From positions 160,001-224,000 of the forward strand of contig JBDKFG010000001.1 in the NCBI GenBank assembly GCA_039798785.1: a stretch of 64,000 nucleotides of DNA, written 5' to 3'. The position numbers and the translations under genes are program-made. The DNA is from Verrucomicrobiota bacterium (GTDB lineage: Bacteria; Verrucomicrobiota; Lentisphaeria; Lentisphaerales; Lentisphaeraceae). Below, in pieces: positions 56,756 through 64,000 of this stretch. The number at the start of each line of letters is the position of its first letter. The first letter of the stretch is position 1. The notes below the pieces were generated by a model. It saw nothing but the letters and a program-made list of their open reading frames with translations, was not told the origin of the DNA and ran no database searches.

Positions 56756-59449
56756 TCAAGCCATGGAGGATTCCGCCTCGAATCCCGGCAGCCACTTGAC
56801 CAGGATGCGGATAAGCTCGTCGCGGCGCAGCGGCTTGGTGAGGTAGTCATCCATCCCGGCCAGGCGGCACTTCTCGTCGTCACCCTGCATGGCGTTGGCC
56901 GTGAGGGCGATCACCACCTGATGACGTCCTGATGCGACCTCCCTGAGTCGCACTTGGCGAGTCGCCTCGTAACCGTCCATCTCAGGCATCAGACAGTCCA
57001 TGAAAACCAAGGGATAATGGAAGCGATCAAGCATCTGCAAGGCTTCGCTGCCATTGGCGGCGACATCGACGCTGCAGCCGATCATGTTGAGAACCTTGAC
57101 CGCCAGCTTCTGGTTGACGGCATTGTCTTCGGCCAGCAGCACTTTGACGTTGGGGCGGACGGTGCAGTGATTTTTCCCGGGTGTCGCCATCAGGATTGGC
57201 CGTTCTTCTGCAGGCCGGCCGAAGACCGCGTCGAGGAGGGCGCTGGCTTTGACGAGAGGGCGGCTGATTACGGCTCGGATGCCGCAGCTCTCGAGGGCCT
57301 GGCGCTCGGGCCGGTTTCTGGGGGAGCAGACATAGAGTCGCAGTCCGCCGGTGCTGGCAGGCAAAGCCTCGAGTGGGCCCTCGACAAAACTCAAGACCAT
57401 TGAAGGCGGGCTGTCGTCCCTGGCTGGGCGGGCGCCGAGCTCGGAGAGGGCGCGTGAAAGGAGCTCGGCTTCTTCAGGACAGGCGAGGCGGAGGTCGAAC
57501 CAGAAGGCAGACAAGGATTTTGCCGCTTCGGGAGGCGTGGCCTCCTGCAAGGGGACTTCGAAAAAGAAGGTCGATCCCCGGCCAGGCTCGGATGTGCAGC
57601 CGATCTCTCCGTTCATCAGCTGCACCAGGCGTTTGCAGATCGCCAAGCCGAGACCGGTGCCGCCGAACTTGCGTGTGGTCGAGGCGTCCGCCTGCTCGAA
57701 AGCGCTGAAGAGTTTAGGAATCTTCTCCTCCGCAATGCCGATGCCGCTGTCGCTGACCTCGCAGCGGAGGCGATCTTCGACCCGGCGGAGTCGCAGGCGG
57801 ACGCTGCCGCGGGCGGTGAACTTGATCGCATTCGAGATGAGATTGAGAAGGATCTGGCGGTAGCGCCCGGGATCGCCGAGGAGCGAGGCCGGCACCTCGG
57901 GCGCGATGTCGACCAGGAGCGCTATCTCTTTCTTCTCGCACATCGGCAGAAGCAGCTCGGCGACATCATGCAAGGCGCCGCGAGGATCGAGCGGTATCAT
58001 CTCGAGATCCATCTTGCCGGCCTCGATCTTGGAGAAGTCCAGGATGTCGTTGATGATCGCGAGCAGGGCTTCGGCCGAATTGCGGAGGGTGTTGACATAG
58101 TCCTTCTGCTCCTCATTCAGCGGCGTTTCGAGGAGGAGGTTGGAGAAGCCGAGGACGCCGTTCATCGGGGTGCGGATCTCGTGCGACATGTTGGCGAGGA
58201 ACTCGCCCTTCGAGCGGCTTGCGTTCTCCGCCTCGAAGCGGGCGTTGATCAGCTCGCGGGTGGTGAGTTCGTTCTTGATCGCCAGAGCGAACATCTCGAC
58301 CACCTCGGCCAGCAGCTCGGCATGGCTTTTCCAGGCGTGGACCAGGACCCCGATGGGGCGCCCCCCCGGAGCGGCGATGATCGGAATGCCGGTCCATCGT
58401 TCGACGGGCCTGGACTCCTCAAGCCGGAGAGCGGCACCGGCCGCCATCGCCAGGTCCATCTCGTCCTCGGCCTCCAGGCCGGACGGCAGGTAGGAAGGAG
58501 AAATCTGTCTCTCTTCGTTGCAGAGATAGAGAGCCATGCGATCGTCGGTGCCGAACGGGACGGCGTTGGCGAGATGGGAGAAGGCCCGCTTCAGCCTCTC
58601 CTCGAAGGCCCTCTCGGTGACCAGCTCGCGCATCAAGGAAGCCTTGATCTCCGAGTTCATCTGGCCCTCCTCGGCCTTGCGCTGCGCCAGGAAAATAGCC
58701 TCCTCCTGAGTCCCGATCTGGTCGAGCATCTGGTTGAGATTCTCCGCCACCTCGCCGATCTCGTCGCGGACGATAACCGGCGCGCGCGCTTCGGAATTCT
58801 GCCGCCTCTCGTGGATGGAGGCGACGATCAATTGCGCCGGACGCAAGATGAAGCGGTGCACCAGGTAAAGAGCGGCGAAGAGAATCACCGTAACGCAGAA
58901 AAGACTGATCGCCGAGATCGCCAACGAGCTCTTTGCCAAGGCCTGATGGATGGCATCGCTCTTGATGTGGATCATCACTGCGCCGCTCTCGAAGCGCCCG
59001 AGATCGTGTCGGAACGGGAGGCGGACGGGGGCAGTGAAGTCGATCAAGGTGCCGCCATCATGCTCGAGATCGTAGACGATGGCGTTCGTCTTCAGGCAGC
59101 GCTCGATATCCTCCCGAGTGTGCTCGGGATCAGGCAGCTCCGCAAGCGTCTTGCCGGCCCACGCCGGATTGGTGCTGAAAGTGACGCGCAGGGGATTTCC
59201 CGACACCACCAGCAAGTCGTCGATGTCCCTTTCGCCGGAGATCGACTGCAAGTAGCGGCTGAAGGCCGGCATCGACGGAGCCGATTCCGCCGCGAAGGCG
59301 ATGCCGTTGACCAGGGTCCGCCCGCGCAGGACGGTCATGTCGTCGATCTGTTGACGCACCAGGACGCGAGTGCTGAAGTAGCCGACCAAAGCGCACAGGA
59401 GGGCCAGGACGATCAAAGGAAGAAAGAGGTTGCGCTTCAACGAGGGCAT
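56756..59449 (-). CDS. Membrane hybrid histidine kinase (periplasmic sensor-HAMP-HK-REC)
   Basis: Two TM segments, DEIG, FLANMSHEIRTPMNG, GGTGLGL, AEDN..MD..MP..KP. Confidence 0.92.
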   Translation of the reverse strand: MPSLKRNLFLPLIVLALLCALVGYFSTRVLVRQQIDDMTVLRGRTLVNGIAFAAESAPSMPAFSRYLQSISGERDIDDLLVVSGNPLRVTFSTNPAWAGKTLAELPDPEHTREDIERCLKTNAIVYDLEHDGGTLIDFTAPVRLPFRHDLGRFESGAVMIHIKSDAIHQALAKSSLAISAISLFCVTVILFAALYLVHRFILRPAQLIVASIHERRQNSEARAPVIVRDEIGEVAENLNQMLDQIGTQEEAIFLAQRKAEEGQMNSEIKASLMRELVTERAFEERLKRAFSHLANAVPFGTDDRMALYLCNEERQISPSYLPSGLEAEDEMDLAMAAGAALRLEESRPVERWTGIPIIAAPGGRPIGVLVHAWKSHAELLAEVVEMFALAIKNELTTRELINARFEAENASRSKGEFLANMSHEIRTPMNGVLGFSNLLLETPLNEEQKDYVNTLRNSAEALLAIINDILDFSKIEAGKMDLEMIPLDPRGALHDVAELLLPMCEKKEIALLVDIAPEVPASLLGDPGRYRQILLNLISNAIKFTARGSVRLRLRRVEDRLRCEVSDSGIGIAEEKIPKLFSAFEQADASTTRKFGGTGLGLAICKRLVQLMNGEIGCTSEPGRGSTFFFEVPLQEATPPEAAKSLSAFWFDLRLACPEEAELLSRALSELGARPARDDSPPSMVLSFVEGPLEALPASTGGLRLYVCSPRNRPERQALESCGIRAVISRPLVKASALLDAVFGRPAEERPILMATPGKNHCTVRPNVKVLLAEDNAVNQKLAVKVLNMIGCSVDVAANGSEALQMLDRFHYPLVFMDCLMPEMDGYEATRQVRLREVASGRHQVVIALTANAMQGDDEKCRLAGMDDYLTKPLRRDELIRILVKWLPGFEAESSMA

Positions 59450-59452
59450 GGC

Positions 59453-60397
59453 TCAGAGGACCTCGCTTGGCTGGATGGCTCGGTTCAGCATCTTGTTGGC
59501 GATCATGATCTCCGAATAAGTGGCGATGCTGGCCGCCAGCCCCCCTTTGAAGAAGGCTGCCTGATCTTCCTCGCCATAGACCTTCAGGCCGCTCATGTCG
59601 TAATCGGCGGCCGTCGCCGTGCTGCTGGCATCCGCCGCCTTCACCGTCGCCAGCATCAAGTCCTGCGCCTCGCGCCGGTTCGACAGGAACCAGATCAAGG
59701 CGGCGTTGTAGGCGCGCGACACCTTGGCGCTCAAATCAGGATGAGCTCGGTCGACAGCCCTGTCGATCGAAAGGACGTCGAGAATCAAGCCGGGATACGC
59801 GGCGCTGTCATAGAGCTTCTTGAAGCCATAGCGGCTTTCCCAGTCGCCGATGAAGGGGGGATAGGTCTGCACGGCATCGATCCGCTTCGCATGTTCAGCC
59901 TCCAGGGCCGCCTGCTGCACCAGCGGCACATGCGCGATGTCGCTGATCTTGAGACCGGCGGATTTCAGGCCGTAGTGAAGGGTGATCATGTCGTTCGACT
60001 GCGGCTCGGCGGCAACCCGTTTCCCTTTCAGATCCGCCACCGAAGCGATGCCGGGACGGGCGAGCAGGACGTCGGCGCCGGAGGAGGAGTCCGCCACCCG
60101 GAAGATGCGCAAGGGACGGGAAGTCTTTTCGGTGATGCTCAAAGCCTCGATCAGCGATGAAGCGATGATGTCGGACTGCCCCCGCACATAAGTCTGCACC
60201 ACATCGGAAAGCGAACTGACGAAAATCGTCTTGACGTTCAAACCTTCGGCGTCAAAGAAACCCCGCCTTTCGGCGAGGTCGACAAACATGTAGCCCGGCC
60301 AGGGATTAAGCGCGATCCGGATCTCCGGCATCTCAGTCTTACAGGATCCTGCCAGAATGGCCGAACCCAATCCACCCAGAAAGACGCTGCGTCGCAT
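59453..60397 (-). CDS. NMT1/SsuA-like substrate-binding lipoprotein
   Basis: Lipobox LAGSC, NPWPGY, S.GAD, DLKGKRV. Confidence 0.85.
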   Translation of the reverse strand: MRRSVFLGGLGSAILAGSCKTEMPEIRIALNPWPGYMFVDLAERRGFFDAEGLNVKTIFVSSLSDVVQTYVRGQSDIIASSLIEALSITEKTSRPLRIFRVADSSSGADVLLARPGIASVADLKGKRVAAEPQSNDMITLHYGLKSAGLKISDIAHVPLVQQAALEAEHAKRIDAVQTYPPFIGDWESRYGFKKLYDSAAYPGLILDVLSIDRAVDRAHPDLSAKVSRAYNAALIWFLSNRREAQDLMLATVKAADASSTATAADYDMSGLKVYGEEDQAAFFKGGLAASIATYSEIMIANKMLNRAIQPSEVL

Positions 60398-60812
60398 GGA
60401 GACCTCCTTAAGACCTTGTCCCATTCTATGATCAAAGGGAGAAGAATGCAAGAAATTCCAAGTTTATCATCCTGCTTAATGCAATGACCGATCCTAAATC
60501 TCCATCAAAAATCCAGCAACCAAAAAAACTTATACACATCAAAATAAAAAATTGAACTTAAAATGCCGTGCTATTCATTCTAAGAAACACAGTTGGAAGG
60601 TTGGGAGATTGAGCTGCAACGCCAAGCGCTTACGACATGAGGAGGTGATCGACAGGAGCGAAGGTCAAAAATGATTGTCTTGGATAAGCGTGCCCGGCAC
60701 TCATCAGGCCGGCACTCATCAGGCTCGATTTCTTGCCAGCTCTCAACAATCGTTTCTTCTTGTTGCAGCTCATTTGCTTGCGATTCAACCTTTGAATCTT
60801 TATCGCTTCAGC

Positions 60813-62561
60813 TTACGCTTTTGGCCTTTCGAGCAAGTGCGGCAGTCGCAACTCAAAACAGGCGCCCCGCCCGCTCGGCAGGACCCGCAAGCTTCCCCCA
60901 TGAAGCTCGGCCAGGCGGCGGGCGATGGACAGGCCTAGTCCGCTGCCCGAAGCTCCTTCATCGACACGTTCGCTGAGCCGGAAGAAGGGCTCGAAGATCT
61001 TCTCCCTGCAGGCGAGCGGAACTCCCGGGCCATCATCCTCTACACGCAGGACGAAGTCGCCGGCCTCGAAGGCGCAACGGATGCGGCATCCCGCCCCGGC
61101 GGGAACGTACTTCTCGACATTCGACAGCAGGTTGGCGAAGATCTGGGCGAGGGCGTCGGGATCGTGCAGGAAGGCGGTTTCGGTTTCCCAGTGACAAGTG
61201 ATCGCGATGTCTTTGCGTTCGAGCAGGGGGCGGAAGCTGGCGAGGCAGCGTTCCAGTCCGGGCAAGGGCGAGATCGACACGGGGTGGATTTCGAGGCTGC
61301 CGCGTTCCGAGCGGGAGAAGCTCAGGAGGTTGTCGACCAGGCGGCTGAGGCGCTCGGCTTCGGCGCTGATCACCCCGATCCGCGCCTGTTCGGCCGGACT
61401 CTCGATCTCAGGCGACTCCGCCAGCATCTCGGCGTAGAGGCGGATGTTGGTCAGCGGCGTCCGGAGCTCGTGACTGGCCTGGTTGACGAAGCTGACCCGC
61501 TGCCGCGCCTCCCGCAAACGGCGGCGCAGCTCGAGACTGAGGAGGGCGGCGGTGACCAGGATGAAGAGAAGTCCGCCGAGGATGCAGGGCAACAGATTGA
61601 GCCGGGCGAGGCCGACGCGCTCGGCGATGAGGGCGGCGGGCTCGCCGTGGGATTGGAGGGTGAAGCCGATGAAAGGGAAGTCGAGATCGCGGCTGGCGAG
61701 AAGCTGGCCGCTGGGGACGGGGCCGCGCTGGCGTCCGTGGTCGACGAAGCTGAGCTGGATGTCTTTCGGCGGAGTTTTCAGCAGCTCCTGCTGCAATCGA
61801 CGCAGCAGCTCTTCGCGGTCGAGCTCGACCGCGGCGAAGCCGCCCTTGTCGAGGCGGACCCAGTAGAGGAACTGCAGGCCGGCGCCGGCATACCAGGTGG
61901 CGCAGCCGATGTCCGCCTGCTCCTCGTCAACGGGGGGCTGGGGCGTCAGCGTTTGAACTTGGGCTTGCGAGTTGGAGTTGTAACTGGAGCCTTTGCGCAA
62001 ATTGGCAACGGCGACCTGTTCTTGGACATCGGGGCTGCAGGCCATCAGGGTCTTTTCGTCCGGGCTGATGTTGTCGTGGACGAAGGGGTTGGCGTTGTTC
62101 CACACCGTCTCGCTGCGTTGCAGGAAGGCGAGGGCGGCGGGATTGGCGGGGTGCTCATTCTGGTCGTATTGGCCGGCGAGGATCTGGGAGGCCTCGTAGA
62201 AGCCGTGATTCCCCTTCATGGCGCCGAGCAGGACGGGGGCGGTCTTGCCTTCGGCGCCGGGGCGGAAGTCGCGGAAAACCAGCGGCCTTTTGCGCTTGTC
62301 GCAAAGAATGAAGGAGCGCACCACGCCGGGCTCGGGGCAAGGCCCCTCACCGCCTCCGAGGAGCCAGCGGATCAGCGGCTGTTCGCGCTCGCGGATGGCA
62401 TTTCGGGTCTGGCTCCAACGCAATTCCAACGCCGTCGACTGCTCTTCGCCAAGCCGCCCCTTGAGCTCCGCCTCCTGCTGCGCCCAGAGGCGCTGCCCGG
62501 CCCAGCCGAGAGCCAGACTGGCTCCCAGCACCAAGGCGAGAATGAGGAGGTAGGGGCGCAT
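60813..62561 (-). CDS. Sensor histidine kinase
   Basis: SHELRTPL, NLLSN..KY, DDGPG, GSGLGL; two TM segments. Confidence 0.9.
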   Translation of the reverse strand: MRPYLLILALVLGASLALGWAGQRLWAQQEAELKGRLGEEQSTALELRWSQTRNAIREREQPLIRWLLGGGEGPCPEPGVVRSFILCDKRKRPLVFRDFRPGAEGKTAPVLLGAMKGNHGFYEASQILAGQYDQNEHPANPAALAFLQRSETVWNNANPFVHDNISPDEKTLMACSPDVQEQVAVANLRKGSSYNSNSQAQVQTLTPQPPVDEEQADIGCATWYAGAGLQFLYWVRLDKGGFAAVELDREELLRRLQQELLKTPPKDIQLSFVDHGRQRGPVPSGQLLASRDLDFPFIGFTLQSHGEPAALIAERVGLARLNLLPCILGGLLFILVTAALLSLELRRRLREARQRVSFVNQASHELRTPLTNIRLYAEMLAESPEIESPAEQARIGVISAEAERLSRLVDNLLSFSRSERGSLEIHPVSISPLPGLERCLASFRPLLERKDIAITCHWETETAFLHDPDALAQIFANLLSNVEKYVPAGAGCRIRCAFEAGDFVLRVEDDGPGVPLACREKIFEPFFRLSERVDEGASGSGLGLSIARRLAELHGGSLRVLPSGRGACFELRLPHLLERPKA

Positions 62562-62569
62562 GGAGCTCC

Positions 62570-62604
62570 AAGTTCAAAGTTTAAGGTTCAAAGTTTAAGG
62601 TTGA
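62570..62604. repeat. Heptamer array (AAGTTTA-like) x5
   Basis: AAGTTCA-AAGTTTA-AGGTTCA-AAGTTTA-AGGTTGA. Confidence 0.85.
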
Positions 62605-62622
62605 GCGCCAGAGCTGCCAGGC

Positions 62623-63132
62623 CTAGGGCCCCGGGGAAAGCTGGTTTTTGTGGTAGTGATAGCGATGGATCCAGGAGTCCCACCAGCTGATAGCGCCGCT
62701 GATCTGGTGAAGATCGACAGGGCTTGCGGGGCGGATATTGCGCAACTCCGCCGACACAGCCAAGGGGTGCGAAGATCTTCTCACCCAAAGACCTCGGCTG
62801 TCATTCCCTTCGTAGAGTCGGACAGTCAGCGTTTCTCCATTCGGCAGATGCCAAGATTTGGACGCGGAAGGATAGCCGATCATGTCCTCGCCATAGAGTT
62901 CCGTGACCGCACCGAACTTGTTTTCGACCCTTTCCGTCGACCATCGATAGAGATAGCGCAGTTCGGCGCTGCTGACGCGGTCATTGAAGGTGTTGACACC
63001 GCATTGACCTGGGCCACCAAGGATGGCATCGACTTCGCTCTTGTAGCCGTGCCAGCGCCAAACCAGATCCCAGCACAGAAAGAAGATCAGCAAGGAGCTG
63101 AGAAGGATCGCCAGTTTGTATCGAACTTTCAT
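62623..63132 (-). CDS. Hypothetical membrane-anchored protein (cargo between inverted heptamer arrays)
   Basis: GAGG RBS, N-terminal TM helix, no recognised domain. Confidence 0.6.
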   Translation of the reverse strand: MKVRYKLAILLSSLLIFFLCWDLVWRWHGYKSEVDAILGGPGQCGVNTFNDRVSSAELRYLYRWSTERVENKFGAVTELYGEDMIGYPSASKSWHLPNGETLTVRLYEGNDSRGLWVRRSSHPLAVSAELRNIRPASPVDLHQISGAISWWDSWIHRYHYHKNQLSPGP

Positions 63133-63207
63133 GGCCTCAGCCTTATCAAACGGACTTCATTGACATTGACCGGATGGACGAGATGTAACATCAATGAAGC
63201 CCGTTCT

Positions 63208-63242
63208 CAAACTTTAAACTTTAAACTTTAAACTTTAAACTC
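63208..63242. repeat. Heptamer array (TAAACTT) x5, inverted relative to 62570-62604
   Basis: CAAACTT-TAAACTT-TAAACTT-TAAACTT-TAAACTC. Confidence 0.88.
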
Positions 63243-63243
63243 T

Positions 63244-64000
63244 TCACTCATCGCATCCTTCCCCGTCTTCATCCTCGTCGTCATCATCGTCGTCGGTGCC
63301 GGCACCGCCGCAGACCTTCTGGACCCGATCGAAGAGGTCTTTGTGGGCGAGGACCTTGGCTTCGGAACCGTGGACGACGAGGCTGCCTTTTTCGGCGAGG
63401 AGGCGGAACCAGGGGGCGTAGGCGCGGAGGTCTTCGAGGGTGGCGGCGAGGAGTTCGTCGCGGCGGCGTTGGACTTCGTCGTGGCTGATCCCGGCGACGA
63501 AGCGGGCGAAGGCGAGGCGGCCTTTTTGGACCGGGGTGAGCGGGGTGTCGAGGCGGCCGAAGGTGCCGATGAGGAGCTTGTCGAGTTCACGCGGGCTGAG
63601 CTCGAGTTTTTCGAGGTGTTCGGCGAGGCCGGCGTAGACCTGCAGGGTTTCGCGCAGGGCCGGGTCGCGGTAGGAGCAGATCGAGAGGACGCCGGAGAGG
63701 CGGTCGTGGCTGAGGTGGCAGCCGTAGGCGCCGCCCTGGACCCGGACCTTGTCCCACAGGTAGCCGGTGGAGAGGCTTTGATGGAGCAGTTCGAAGCTGC
63801 CGCCCGGGACGCATCCGGCGGCGGCGAGGTTGATGCCGCTGGCGACATACTGCACCTTGCCGGAGGTGGCGATGCCGATCTTTTCGGGTTTGAGTTCGGC
63901 GCGGAAGGGGACGCTGGCCTCGGCGCCGGCGGGGATGGCGGCGAAGAGCGGCGCGAAGGCCTCGGCGTAGAGGCTCCATTCTTCCGGACGGCAGGTCAGG
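63244..64000 (-). CDS. M16C (insulinase/PreP-like) peptidase, C-terminal part
   Basis: YLWDKVRVQGGAYG, SYRDP; ORF runs off the window edge. Confidence 0.88.
   Translation of the reverse strand, partial: LTCRPEEWSLYAEAFAPLFAAIPAGAEASVPFRAELKPEKIGIATSGKVQYVASGINLAAAGCVPGGSFELLHQSLSTGYLWDKVRVQGGAYGCHLSHDRLSGVLSICSYRDPALRETLQVYAGLAEHLEKLELSPRELDKLLIGTFGRLDTPLTPVQKGRLAFARFVAGISHDEVQRRRDELLAATLEDLRAYAPWFRLLAEKGSLVVHGSEAKVLAHKDLFDRVQKVCGGAGTDDDDDDEDEDGEGCDE

Noticed and set aside
60694..60723. 15-bp tandem duplication CCGGCACTCATCAGG x2 and small ORFs at 60671-60976
   Set aside because: Only two copies and no coding signal; probably local slippage

Overview
This is a GC-rich bacterial chromosome segment. 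Its gene content (sulfatases, a prepilin-like N-methylation protein, an ECF sigma factor beside a Ser/Thr kinase, TPR-ExbB-ExbD-ExbD) suggests a PVC-superphylum, Lentisphaerae-like organism; this is inference only. Layout: (1) 1-5085 holds a vWA protein, an ECF sigma factor, a membrane Ser/Thr kinase with LRRs and a WNK-like relocated catalytic lysine, and a prepilin-like gene. (2) About 5086-14929 is a ~9.8 kb island of sulfatase and discoidin-domain genes with no integrase. It is bracketed by a duplicated, synonymously diverged 3' end of the prepilin gene and by an 11-bp inverted repeat. (3) 17433-32454 is a ~15 kb minus-strand cluster behind a candidate NrtR box. It joins NAD salvage and ADP-ribose removal genes (pncA, PARG-like, ARH, macro, NadR-like) to an NRPS-like A-T-R enzyme, an AsnB-like amidotransferase, an ADH, a methyltransferase and an Fe/2OG dioxygenase, and is interrupted by a TA pair, RhuM, a deleted DUF1016 gene and many repeats. 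(4) Housekeeping and envelope genes follow: mutY, ribD, thiD, pilB-pilT-pilC, TPR-exbB-exbD-exbD, a CcoI-type ATPase, histidine kinases and an M16 peptidase. A family of 7/8/9-bp short tandem repeat arrays recurs across the window: as inverted pairs, in frame inside the NRPS, and around one cargo gene. No rRNA, tRNA, CRISPR array, integrase or transposase was recognised. All calls come from reading motifs by eye, without database searches.
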